A stretch of DNA of 64,000 nucleotides from Octopus vulgaris. Taxonomy: Eukaryota. This document shows, piece by piece, positions 11,288 through 25,001 of this stretch. Position 1 is the stretch's first letter, and each line of letters begins with the position of its first letter. The notes under the pieces are model-generated. The model worked only from the letters and a program-made list of their open reading frames with translations. It was not told the DNA's origin and did no database searches. The stretch is from contig OX597826.1 of NCBI GenBank assembly GCA_951406725.2, positions 15,748,001 to 15,812,000 on the forward strand, written 5' to 3'. The position numbers and the translations under genes are program-made.

Positions 11288-11325
11288 TGTATATATATAT
11301 ATATATAATTATGTATATATATATA

Positions 11326-11793
11326 AGAGACTGATCAAAAAACATTGGAAATGTTGCTATAGTAACGGAGATAAATTACGTAGAGTGAAGCCACTTGGCA
11401 CTGATTGGCCTGGAACTTAGTCAAGCGGGCACAATAAATTGTAACACTTAATTTCGTTGTATATATCAGTTCTTGTGATCATCTAAAAAAGAACGTCACT
11501 TCTCAGCTGTGCAAGTTCTTTATTGCGTCTGGAAGCGGTTGTAATATGTGACGAATCGTGGGTCAATGGTTATGGACTGAAAACCAAGGCAAAGATCAAA
11601 TCGCTCGTGAAAAGGGAAAAAAATTAAAGATATCGGGGAAATCCAAGAGTCTATGATGTGGCCGCTGCTCGCTATCACAAAAACGGAGTTCCAGGAATAG
11701 TTCCATCAATGGAATCGTATGGCTTTAAAAGGCAGTTATTTCAAAGAACAGTAAATGCCGAATTAAATTTTGTTTTCTTTTTATCAGGTCTCG
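11326..11793 (+). mobile_element. Internally deleted mariner element
   Basis: TA flanks and imperfect TIRs (AGAGACTGATCAAAAAA versus the reverse complement CGAGACCTGATAAAAA). The remnant CDESWVNGYGLKTK resembles the mariner TGDESWVYGYDPETK motif. Confidence 0.65.
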
Positions 11794-12743
11794 TATTGAA
11801 ATACACACACACAGAGGTACACACACATGCATACATGCACCATCCTCCCGCACACACATACACGCATGCACGCACACATGCACAGATATCAATTGCTAGT
11901 AAGGCCGCAGTACTTTATTTTGCAACCATGATATACTCCCACGTATATTAAAGGTTTACAAGTAAATACTGGGCCTTACATTTGTGTTAGCGTAACATTT
12001 GAACAATATCTTCGACACAATATGTTAGTTGTTCTCAGTTCTAATGCTATCTCTACAGATTTTCTATAGAATTCAGAACAAGCAATGACAATTCCATTTC
12101 GTATACAAATGCATATATGTTAACAATACCATCGAAGATGAAAAAAATAGGAAGGGCTCTCGCATATACATCTATTACGTATATATCCCTGCCAGCAAGT
12201 AATACTTATGTACCAGCTGCCAGGAAGGTGTTTAATACATAAATTAGTATATCCAATAATGTTATACTACCAAATATATTGAATATTTAAGCAATACGTT
12301 CATAGAAATATTCGTGTAGAACAGGTGACAAGACACTAAAAAAGAAGCCCTTCATTCCTCAATTTCTCAAATTAGCTTCGAAGTTAGCAAAGTATTTGGT
12401 TACAACATACGAAAATAATTTTTCGTTGTATATTAACAAATCATCTGCCTAGGTGGAGTTATCGATCACGTTTAAGTCTGAACATATGTCGAGTCCTATA
12501 ATTATTTCGCTGGGGAATCATTTGATCTGCAGTAACATAAGAGTAGTTGCTCATGAATTGAGAGTGTTCTAATTTTCAATCACAATGTTTATTGTTTAGT
12601 ACAATGTTACGTCAAATGCCTTAAATTCAATTCATGTTTAAACCTTTCAGTCAGATTCTCAGAATGAAGAAAAGGATATGTTTGATGTCTAGCTTCAAAG
12701 TAGAAACATAATAGAAATGGTGTATGTGGTAAATAGATAAGGT

Positions 12744-12782
<39 letters not shown>

Positions 12783-13348
12783 ATATAATATATATATTTT
12801 TTGTTTGTTAGAATACGTAAGAAAAAGAAACGAGAAATTCTGTGGCATGCTTTTCAAAGTGAAAAACTGAGTAGATTTTTTTTTTTGGGGAGTTTAAGGA
12901 GAGAAACTACTCTGGCTCTGACGACCGTATATGTGTGGATATTTTATACGAACTTGCATAATAAAATAGCAACAGTGCAATACTAAAAGAAATAGTGTTA
13001 TATATTGTTCCCGAAAATGACAGTGCCTTTGCTACGAAATGTCCGGGACAACAGTGTGAGAAAAAGCCGTCTCATATTTACAGAACATGAATATAATATA
13101 CGTATAACTAGAATTGCTTAACTATATTTTAGATAACTATTGTTTAACACAAAATTCTTCGATTTTTGTATTCAACAGTTGCCAGTGATAGAACTATTTT
13201 GGTTTATATAAACGCATTCGTTTGCTTCCAGTGAACTTTGTAGATGTAACTTTTTTCCCAGAACACCCATTCACACAAAAGTGAACTAACGTAACTATTA
13301 TCTCTCTCTGTCTATCTAATTATCTCTATCACTCTCGCTATATGTGTG

Positions 13349-13385
<37 letters not shown>

Positions 13386-14575
13386 TTCATAGAATACAAA
13401 ATACTGTAAGTTTTCCAAATATTAATAATGCCGATGATAAAAGATAAAGTCTGTTTGCAAAAAAAGAAACTGAAAGTGAATATTTTATAGAAAAAAATCT
13501 TTATAAATGAAACGGTGAATTATTTCTGAAATTAAATATATATTCTGTTATGTTGCTGCTTAATACAAAATTATATTTAAAGCAAAGAGGTTTCATAAAA
13601 AGACGTTTATTATTATAATTAATGGTTGTGTTTGAGTTTTAACCAAACGTATATTGGCAAACTAGCGTCTAACGTATAAATCATTATTTAAGAATATTGG
13701 AAACGAAAGGAAAATAAAGATATATCATAAAATGATATCTTTCGAACTAAAATAAAACATTTTTTTTGTAGTTTACTTATAATCGGTTTAGAAAATATCT
13801 TGTCAAATAATTCATTTTTAAAAATGTAATTATTTAAGGTAAAATTGTTGTAAATATATGAAATTGGAAAAAATCGATACGCAGATTCACGCACACACAC
13901 ATATATACGGGTTGTATATGTATACATACTTGGAAGAAAGCTTATAAATGGGAGGAAAATCTTGTAAATATATTTTTCACGTGATTTCTAGTGTGCCTTT
14001 TCAATTGAATATATTGTATCATTAGAAGCAGTATTAAATACTTTGAAAAAATTATTTGTACTTATTACGCATTTTAGGAATCTGAAAACGCACATGTATT
14101 TGACATGTCAATGAATTCTATATTAGTCTGCCTACATATGCGATCTTGTTAATCTATATATAAGGGACTGATTAAAAATTAACCTGGTAATTTAGTATCG
14201 GCTTGTATAGAGACGAAATATTATCTGTATCGCTCAGTTCCATGATCAGACTTCAGGCAAAATCAGTTCCGTTGACTCGCCGCTCAAATAACTGTAAGTA
14301 ACAAATGAATGTCAAATTCTTAGACGTATCACTGACTCTAGAATCAGGGACTTATGTTTAACATAAACCAAATTATTATAGAAACTAAATGACTTTAGGA
14401 GCCTTATCTCTGCACCGCGATAGAATATTTAGGGTGATAATTTAGTACAGCACATGAACAGAGTAACAACTTTAGCATTAGAACAAAAAGATAATCCGAT
14501 GCACACAATCATTGTTTTATAATGTTAAGGCAAGTAGAGATATAATCTATTCTTAGTTCTAGATTAGAATTCTCA

Positions 14576-14830
14576 GGCGCAGGCACAGCTGTGTTGTAAG
14601 AAGCTTTTTTCCAATCACATTCGTTTGGGTGCAGCCTTATTACTTGGCAACTTGGGCAAGTGTTGTCTACTCTTGCTTCGTGTCAATCATTACCTTCTCA
14701 GTGGATTTCATTGAGGGGATGCTGAAAGGAGCCCGTTGTATATATATATATATAATATGAATATGTGTGTGTGTGTGTGTGTGTTTGAGTTTGTGTAAGG
14801 TCGTCTGACAAGCTCGCGCGAGCAGTATGT
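14576..14830 (+). mobile_element. Degenerate SINE, family A
   Basis: GGCGCAGG...CTTGGGCAAGTG...GTGGATTT...CTGAAAGGAGCCCGT followed by (TA)n(TG)n. Confidence 0.65.
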
Positions 14831-17800
14831 TTTCCCTTCTGTCCGATTCTCTTGACTAACCGTTGAACGCCTTTGCAACTCAACTTAGATTATAACCCAT
14901 TCAGGGCCAATAAAGATCGTACCTACCTACCTACCAGGCCGCTGAATTTTGCAAGTGTTACTACAACCATCTACCGGTTACCCTTTTGCATATTTTTTTA
15001 CATGGCTTGTGTTTTAACTGCAACGCCTGCAACACTATTCATATGTTACTGCATGAATTTTCTTTAAGAAAAAACAAAAATGTTAAAACAGACAGGAAAT
15101 TTGCATACTAAGCATTCACAAGCAAAACTTGCACTGCGCCTTGTACAAGATTTCTCATGTATAGAACTCAGATGCATAACTGATAGTGAATGGCATTAAC
15201 ACACGAAAACACACACATATGTTCAAATTATATCTTTGGTGAGTTAACTTGAGATTCCTTGAAGATACCGTAACCTTAATATATTTAAGATGATGAGTAG
15301 CTTGCGGAGTAGCCCTCCTGGAATAATTATTAGTGCAGAGGTTCTGCTTCCTCGGAAACATAGGTAGCCTGGATTTTACCTGCTCCACTCCCCCAATCTG
15401 GATTTGTTATTAACATTCATAGCGACTTAAGATGCTAACCGTGAGCAATACAACCTCTTTTTTATCTTATCAAACATCGATATGGGTAAAGCCAACAGAT
15501 ATGGTCACTAAAAAATGATTATTGTTGTTGAACCCTGATTTTTTTTATTTACCATGGACTGCTCGAAGCTTACAAACTTCATACATTTAGACCAACGGAC
15601 CTTATAATTTACAAACACACATACATCCCACCAAATCTCCCACACACACGCATATATGATTGATAGAATGGTAGATAGGTAATTGTATGTATGTATGTAC
15701 GTATGCATATGTGTGCTTGTGTATGCATGTTATCACACATTTAAACCTCAAATTTATACAGTAAGACAAACTGATTGATCTAATGCACACATACACTCAC
15801 ACATGTATATGAATGATATTTATCAGCATGAATTTTTGTGTGTATATGTCTGTGTGAATTTCGTGTTTATAAAAATCAATTCATCTATTCATTTCTTGAC
15901 ACGAAAGTCATAATTTGTCTGGTGTAAGTAATATCGAAAGTGAGTTACCATTCTCAAATTTAGATGAATATATCACATTCAGTCATTTAGAATCTCGTTA
16001 ATTCCTTTTATATACTTAATTTGGAAATATAACACATGAATATTAAGAATACAGCAGCAGGATAAATGTGTCAGCTTTAATGAAATATTAAACAGTTCTG
16101 ATATACAGTTACACAGTTTATGTATTTTAAAGGTGTGTACATTAACTTCCAATTAACTCCGAAACCTGTGTCAATGTTGCACAATCATTTTCTGAAAGTT
16201 TCGTATTGTTTGCACGATATTTGATATTTATAATGATATTCTGAATGTATTACGTAATTGATAATTATTGGAAATTTTGTAAATTTGCTACCACATTTCA
16301 TATGTAAACATAATAAACAAACTAGATCATGTTGCGAAATATTGCAAGTTGTTCTTGTATTTGATGATTTAAAATATGCTTTTCAATAGAAATAGCAAAT
16401 TCTTCGAAGTTGCTTCAGTTCCGAGTTGAAATTATTTAAAAGCAATATCTTGAAACTGTGTACTAGATATTCTATGAACAAACTGAATAAACGAGTCTAA
16501 CAAACATGTATATATTTAGTTCTGCTGCAGATATGCATTCTATTAAACATAAATAAGGATAACTGTGTCTGATTTTGGCGCAATATTAATGAGGAAGTTT
16601 GCAAGAACGAAATATCAATACCACCCACAGAAGTACTTCACTGCTATATCTTTTTGACACATGGAATATGAAAAGCATGGAGTTCGTCACCACGATTTGA
16701 ATTCATGATATATAGGGACAGAATAACTAGGTTCACAAGAATGAAATAAAAATAATTTCTTTTTATAAGTGTATAAAATTGAAATGTAAAATAGCACAGT
16801 GTATTAAAAGTGACAGCTAACATCGACGACAAAAATATGAGTTGTTGTTTATAGCTCTGTTGTATTTTTCTCAGTTTCTGGAGTTCATTTAGGCAGCGTG
16901 ACCACCAGGAATCGATATTGCTAGGAACATAGGTTCTAGGCCATATATTTTGTGCTATTACTTTCAAAACATTTCTTTTGGTACTTTTGATAAGACACAT
17001 TTTCACTATATTTGTGTCTCCCAGAAGTCATTTAAATTGTATGTTTATTGTTCATTGATGTTCTACCTGACCACTTGTCATTCCTAGAAAACTTTTTCGC
17101 AACTAAATACTGGTACTGTACCACAAAGTTTACAACCATCGAAGAGCCTACATCGTTGCCAATATCTTGGGCTGTGACTCAGTGTTCATGTACAATATGC
17201 ATACATAACAACTTGGTCGGCCTGTTCGTCGAACACTTTTATTGAAATACCAAAGCATGAAATATAGTCTTACATTTTTAATTTTTCCTAGGGGTGTATT
17301 AGAAAATTTAAAGCGATATAAAAATATCAAAGACAGATTAAATGTAAAAATGTGTTAAAACGCAAAATGCGAACGGTTAAAGAATTAGAAGCATACCATT
17401 AAAGATGGTGCCATTCGGATATTCGTGTACCATGGTTTCACCTTTTGGCCCGTGAGACTCAACTTTCTTCAGCACGACTTACCGAGACGAAACCATTGAA
17501 AAAATGTCACACTGATCTCTGGCGGCGTTAATTTTATAGCAATTTGATGCTATTTCATACTTGTAACCGTCTACATTATTGTTGCTTTTATTAGCAATAT
17601 ATTATATTTACTGCAGATAATATTAATAAGATTTTTTACGAATATTCACATCTGACTCCTTATTAATAATAACTATACATTCAGCCAAATTATAAAGACA
17701 AGTATGTGATTAGACAAATATGTGTCATAGCTATTACAAAATAAGCAAATTAACTAAAAGTTAGAAAATTAATTTAAATGCAATCAAAGAAATCACATAA

Positions 17801-20800
17801 TCTGATGAGATCCATTCCTTTCAATAGTAAGTAAACTGCTGAGTTACACCATACAGTAATTAAGGGAAATATAACAGAATATTACAGAAAATGAAATCAA
17901 ACATAGAAGATACTTATTAGTAGAATCAGTAGGTATCTCAAGTATAAAGCGTGATATCAAGGAACTAAACTGTAAATAAACTGATGCATTATTTTAAGTA
18001 CAAACATAAAAAAGGAAAGCAAGGAACTAACAGTGCACTTCAAAGCTGATGTAATTAGACTGCAAAAGGAGACAGTGCAAATGAAAATTATAATTCTACA
18101 ATAAAGTGAAAAAGAATAGAGTAAACAATAAATACTTATAAGAAAGAAAAGAATATTATTAGCCTGATAAACATACGTGAAGGAAACGAAAATGTGTATG
18201 TTTATATAAGGAGGTAATGAAGTATAAACCGGAAGGTAACAATACAGAAGAAAAAAGTATTTGTATATAAACAAAAGAGCTGAATAAGTTAATGAAAACC
18301 AGAAGTAATCAAGACGTAATTCCAAAATAAGTTGATGCAGAGATATAAAAAAAAATCATCACTTTATATTCAGGAGCACAAATAATACGGTAGCGGAGAA
18401 AAGTGTGTGAAAGATGAATGACAAGAAATGTGCATAAGCTCTAGGCTAAAACCAAAAATGAAAGTCCGATTTAACTGTAGATTGAAAGAGTTCGTTCAGA
18501 AATAATTACAAAACGAAATCAGAAAAAAAAATCAGTTTAACATGAAATGAAAATTATGCAATCGATGCAAGAAGATGACTTACAGTATCATAACAGGTCG
18601 AATGTTCTCAGCTATACCGCGAATATAGTAGCAGAAATGATCTGTCTGACAGCTACATCCTCAGGACAACATGTGGAAGCTTCAACACGGAAAGGGATGA
18701 CGGTATATGAAACCAGCAGTATATGTCAACGATCTAACAGCAATCCTTTGTACTATGACTGTCAAAAGTTTCAATGTATAACTGCTAAAACTCCGGATGC
18801 GATACCTGAGGGCAGAAACAGTAGCGCCTCTTCCCTGATAGGTATATTGTTCATTTATGGCAGCAGAAATGTAGCAAAGGCGACGGAGAAACTGCCAAAC
18901 CTCAGCTTAAAATGAGTATGAAATTGAAAACGCGAACAAAATTATAGGGAAAACAAAGTATATGAAAACTATATAAACAATACCAAAGCTGACATGTTCG
19001 TACTGTATCCAAAGCACAGGCCAGTTAGGAACAGGTAGCAATGTACAAGAAGTCACATTGCATTCCACTGTACAACTCATATAATTCAATCACTGCATAT
19101 AATACACATCACACAATTACTACACAGTCAGCACAATCGCACTTCTTGTTGCCCAAGTCAATACTACAACTACTCAACATGTACTCTAGTAAATCACCAC
19201 CAATCGATATCGCACAACACAAAGCCTACATAATCATCACCCAACACAATAAAGGAAGTAAGTGATCTTTCATAACTGATACCCAAAATTATAGAGATCA
19301 CCGATATCTTACATTTCGGTAAAACCTTAACATTCATAAATATGAGAATGTAAGTTCTGTAATAATTGAATAATTACAATAAATATGAGTTCACTTCAAA
19401 TACCAGTGAAAGGACACCCCATGATAAAGTGAAAACTTTCGGTGAAATAACATCGAAAATAAACTTTAAAAATCACAATCTTGGCTAATTTAAAGAAAAC
19501 AAATACAGCAGCAGGATAAATTGCAGGATAAATGCGCAGCAATTTCACCAGCAAAATGAAAGAACATATGCAACAGCCACATTTGTTATAAAGGAAAATG
19601 GTTAATTCCTCAAAATTGTTAATACATGACGTCAACTCCTTATTGAATACGTCTATTTTTAAACACATAAGGTATTGTTTCAAGAACAACATCATCGTAG
19701 CTGTGTGTCCCATCGAAGAATCGTGACTGCTCACAGCTATATTGTACCATCTTTAGGTTCACATGAGTGAAAAACCACGAAAATGAAGGTATGTAACCGT
19801 TGCAGATGCTCACCATTTCTGAATCAATCTAATGCTGCTGATAAAGTTTGTTAAGAATAAATGGTTCTAAATTGTTCCTGTGCACGAAATTGATAAAAGG
19901 CAAGGAAGTGTGCTCTGAACTACATTCATATTTTTTGATGCTTTAATTTTTCTCATGAGCATCCAGCAACGCGTGAGACGATAAGTAACTGAAAAATCAT
20001 GAAAAATTATGAGACGAACAGGAAGTACATTACTTTCAAATTATTCCCACTGCCTACTTGTTTACCAACTTGAACATTTCTATATCTCAGTAAAACAGGA
20101 AAACATAAACGCAAGAAGAGAGCATGTAAAACGAATATTCAAAAACAGAATGTTAAAAATTCAATAACGAAAACACACAACTGCTAAAAGTATGAGACGT
20201 AAAGAAATAGAAACCCGGCAATAGTTAAAAAGAACTACCCCAAATCAAAGGGCGTTTGAAATAGGAGATTTTCATGAAATCGGAAAGAATCAAGCAGTAT
20301 GAAGAATGAATCTTTGAAGAAAACAAATATTTCGTCACCAACCCCAAATGATTTTATCAGCTAGGTAAAAGTAAAATAGAAATCAATGCAACTTTAATAT
20401 CAAGTGAAGTATAAATTCTGTGGTTGATTCAATCAATTACTTCGCTTCCGAAATCCTTTGTAAATTAAGAAGACTTACACTATGTTAGATAAGAACAAAA
20501 GAGAAATCAGATGAGGTAGATCAAACACGGACAAATGAATAGAAATCAAGCAAATTGACACAAGTACAGCATGCATGAAAGAGAATGTTAGGAAAGAATA
20601 TAAATGCATTAAATTGGAACTTAAAACAGAGCTAACTAAAAAGAATAAGATAATCAATACGCTAGCCGTTCAAGTAACAGAAAAACAACAACAGAAAGTT
20701 ATAGTTATAATATTCTGAACTTGACGCTAAACTAATGTGCAAGACGAAAGAGAAAATAAAAAGGAAAACTGTATTGAAAATACGCCACACTATATAAGTC

Positions 20801-23800
20801 ATGGAAAGTGTATGTTTATCACGAATACAGGACAGAAATAGAATGCAACTAATAAAACTAATAAATTGTAAAAATAACAATCATCTGCAGTACAAGAGAA
20901 ATACATACAAAGGTAGAAAAATTAGAAATAGCTACAAAAATGAAAGAAACCCCAAACCCGAAGGATATAAACCGTCAACATTATGCAATGGAACAGAATA
21001 ATAACTGCAGTACATAGTTGGGAGAAAAAAGTGTACTGTCTCTACATGTCTTGTCTGAGATAAGTAATGTTAGTTGAAAGTAAGCAATATTGATGGTACT
21101 ATCGTACACTGGATATTGTGCAATTTATAGCCAACCAAATGTCGTTTTACATTGCGATAATGCAATTCTGGAGGATGAAACAAAAAGCGGCTGCGTTATC
21201 ACAGTCGCCATTATTCGGGTCGTCCCAATCGAGTGCTTTTGACAGACAGTAAAGTTGGGGCATCGTAACTCTAAGACAACAGCCCCGTTTGTTAAATTCA
21301 TTCAGTATCTTCTGTTGGTTAGATTTTTCTCATTTTAGTCTATTGGATATTTTTCTTATTTAGTGTGTTATTCGTTAACTTCACCACAGATTTCATTGTC
21401 TAAATCTTTGGACACCGTTGCGGTTTTGCTCTGTAGCTATTTCTGATATTTCCGAGAATTCTGTTGCTGTTTACACTGCTATCTATGATGGGATTGTTCT
21501 TGATGGCAGAGCTTCCTTCGTTGGTTTTTTCCATTTTCCCCTCTAATGATGCTGTTGCTGTTGTTGTAATTGGTGTTGCATTTCTTGCATCTGATGCTTC
21601 TCTCATTCTGGCTACGTTCAGACGCCGTAGCTGTTGCTGCATAGTCGTCGATGTTTTTGATATCTAGTGTTCTGCACATTTGAGCATCGCTTTCATAGTT
21701 CAATTTCCGTTTTGTTTTATTTAAGCAATAGGCAGTCAATGCCTCCCAAGCAGCTTTTCAAGTAAATTTCAGCTTGTTCAGACTATCTATGAACCAGTTT
21801 ATATTTTTTCAGTGTCATGCATCTCTAAATCAGTTATTTTTTTCTGATTGGTTCAAAAGCTGCACTGTATATAACATTCATCCGTCTCGTAGTCTTTTCG
21901 TGAGTTATTCTGCTTCATCCAGGTCCTGCTGTTTTTTACTGTGTTTTTTTTATATCTGTTCAATGGAACTAAATTAAAAGTTTCTGCAGGACCAGCAAAT
22001 GACGTGTTACTGGTATAGATTATTACTTGTGAGGCTGTAATAATTAGTAATAATGCAGCTTTTGTCAGGAGCGGTTTGTGGTGGGCGTCAAATGCACCAT
22101 CCAACTGGTGATTTTTTAGGCGTCATTGGCGATTTTCTAGCTGGTTGTCTTCATTATTTCAACAGAGTTCTGCTGGTTCTGGTGTATGGGTGTTGTTGTC
22201 GTTGTGGTAGTAATTGTTCTTCTTACTGCTACGGTTGATGTTGCTGCTGTTGAATTTGCCACAAATGATGCTGCAACAGCTGTTGCTGATTACCACCTCT
22301 GTGATATCATGTAGTGGGAGTTATAGGCTGCAAACGTCAGATCCATCTTCAAAATGATCTCTCACTTTCCCTTGCTGGCAACCCGTAAGGACGGAGCCAT
22401 TTTTACTATCATTCTACAATTAGTAAGTGCATAATTCTCTCTACCACGGGAACCATTCCGGTAGCTTTCATTCGTTACTATTTTAGTGCGCGAACCCAAT
22501 CCGCGACAACGTAGTCTTCGTGTTTCGCATTGCACAAATGATCGAGGATCATTCTTGAAGGTATCATCTTCGTCGCGATGCCACATCTAATTGTATTTTC
22601 TACTTTACTAAATATCACCTCCTCTAATCTATTTCTCTCTATCCGTTGCTCTTTACTAAAACTAATATTTCATTGCCCTTGTCAACGTCTCCACCACAAG
22701 TTATTTACTATTTCCTCTGTCAAATGCCGATTAACTACGTCGCTAATTCGGTCTCTTTAGTCTGTTACCCTCACAATAGACGCACACAACTGAGGTGACC
22801 GAATTTCCATATAGGGGTCCTTTCTAAGGCGTCTGTGATGAACAGGAATTCTTCAAGTGACTTTGTCTGCTACCCTAACGAATAATCTCAATATAATCTA
22901 GAATACTCTATCTTGTTTATTCCTAGTGTATATTGGAAAATTAAGTCGGTGACTGAAAGACAATCGGAAAATCTGAGCATATTTTTGAGGCATTTGCATT
23001 ATCTTCTCTGGTTTAATTCTGCAGAATCTAAACATGCGTCCAAAATACCATTCCAATCCTCTAATATTGTTAAAGAGCTGGTTATCCTTCGGCAGTTCTC
23101 TAGTATAGCCGTTCAGTCTTGATGGTCGCATAGACGGCCGCTAATCTGAAAGCAGTGCCTTTATCGACAGGCATATCTAGTACCTCCATTAAATCTTATT
23201 CTCTTCGGTAAAGCACTGCTTCTCTACCGGCTCATTTCTTCAGATCACAAGATGCGTATTTCGTGTAGTTTAACAATAAGAATAATAACAACAACCACAT
23301 CAACAAAAACAAAAACAACAACAACATAAAAAACCACAACAACAACGGTTACGGCGACAATGACGACGATGATGATGATGATAATGTTGATGACGATGAT
23401 GATGATAATAATGCCCTGGTGCAGTACCAAGAACTGTATTTTATGCCTTCTGATCTTAACAGATTGGAAGTGCTATCATGTATCAGGTCATACCTTAAGT
23501 TCTGTCCGAATTATGAATAAAGAAAACAAATGAACAAATGTTATATTTAACTGAAATTTAATATTGTAATCAAATGATAGTTCCGATTCACCAATGTACA
23601 TACATCTAAGATTCTGATCGCATTTACAGATAAGATGAAATCAAATCAATCCACTGGTGGAAGAAACCAGCGTTCCATTATATAACATGCTGCATATGTG
23701 AATATTCCATGCAGAAACAACATACTTACAGATAGGGAAATAGCCACTCAAAGGAGTTAGAATATCTTTGCTCACAAAATGATAATAAATTTTATCCATT

Positions 23801-23864
23801 CTCAAATATAAAGTGAGAAAATATTTTCGTGGAATTATCAGGAGAGTTGTTTATAAATGCCAAT

Positions 23865-23890
23865 ATGATAATAATGATGATGATAATAAT

Positions 23891-23969
<79 letters not shown>

Positions 23970-23996
23970 TTGTTAGTAGTAGTAGTAGTAGTAGTA
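23865..23996. repeat. (AAT)n/(AGT)n microsatellite
   Basis: Read directly from the sequence. It is the source of the poly-I/N/L ORFs. Confidence 0.95.
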
Positions 23997-24640
23997 GGAG
24001 AGATATTATTGGTAATGATGATAATGTCGATGATAATAAGAACAAGCAGAACAGCCACAGCCACAATAAAATCTTAATAGTCACCACCAGAAATATAATA
24101 ACAGGGAAAATCTGTTTATAAAAAAAATCCAGTCAAAGCCCCCTATAGAATTATATGGCCACTTCCTTAGAAATATTATCCACGAGACTGACAGTTGCTG
24201 GGAATTCAGAGATTACGCATGGCAGCAGCAGTAGTAGTTCTACTTCATCCTTCAATTTCTTCAATCCACTATTGAAATTATTTTCTCATTGAATAGAGGA
24301 TTTTTTTATCACTAAAATATTTCTCCACGCGGAGTTGAATAATTTAGCATGTATGCAGATTATCATTTAAAACAGTAATTATTCAAAATTAGGTGAAGTA
24401 ATTTTCCAGAAAATAGGTTTCGGAATATTTAAACAGGAATATTTTGGGGACTAGTAAATACCCATGACGAAATTGAAAATACCATTCTAAGTCCGTTCAA
24501 ATCTGAAATTGTAGGCCACTGGGGATGTATGAATGTACACTTGAGGAAATGAGAAGAAAATCTTTTGTATGTATATGTATATATATATGTGGAAAAGAGT
24601 GAAGATAGAAAATGCTAAAATAATTTTATAAAAAACATTT

Positions 24641-24676
24641 CAGTACCGGTTTCAGTCATTGAGATTTATTCAACTG
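24641..24676 (-). ncRNA. Degenerate minimal hammerhead-like motif in the PLE1 pLTR
   Basis: The minus strand reads CAG-UUGAAUA-AAUC UCAAU GACU-GAAA-CCGG-UA-CUG. It has a palindromic stem III (ACCGGU), with mismatches in the core and stem II. Confidence 0.5.
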
Positions 24677-24849
24677 TAACAATTGAACAATTACATTTAG
24701 AAAAGTTAAAAGAAAAGTCTTTTTTATAAGAATATTTGTATAATATTCAAATATAAGTGGCATCTTCCTTGTTTGTGCCTGTATCTGTCTCTCTTGTTTA
24801 CTCTTGTGGGCTCGAGGTCGTTGTGAATTCTTAATTGGGAGGGAAATGA

Positions 24850-24883
24850 AGAAAAAGAAGATGAAGGAGTAGGAGAAGAAGAA

Positions 24884-24915
<32 letters not shown>

Positions 24916-25001
24916 AGAAAAGGAAGAAGAAAAAGAAGAAGGAGAAGAAGAAGAAGAAGAAGAAGAAGAAGAAGAAGAAGAAGAAGAAGACGACGACGAA
25001 G
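24850..25001. repeat. (GAA)n tract inside the PLE1 3' region
   Basis: Read directly from the sequence. Confidence 0.95.

Noticed and set aside
15950-17380. Possible old piggyBac ending GAACGG|TTAA with a Cys-rich tail
   Set aside because: No matching left terminus and no convincing DDD motifs.
17900-23200. Microsatellite-poor, strand-skewed block resembling old LINE ORF1/ORF2 debris
   Set aside because: It is probably ancient TE sequence, but I could not read any diagnostic motif. A translated HMM search is needed.
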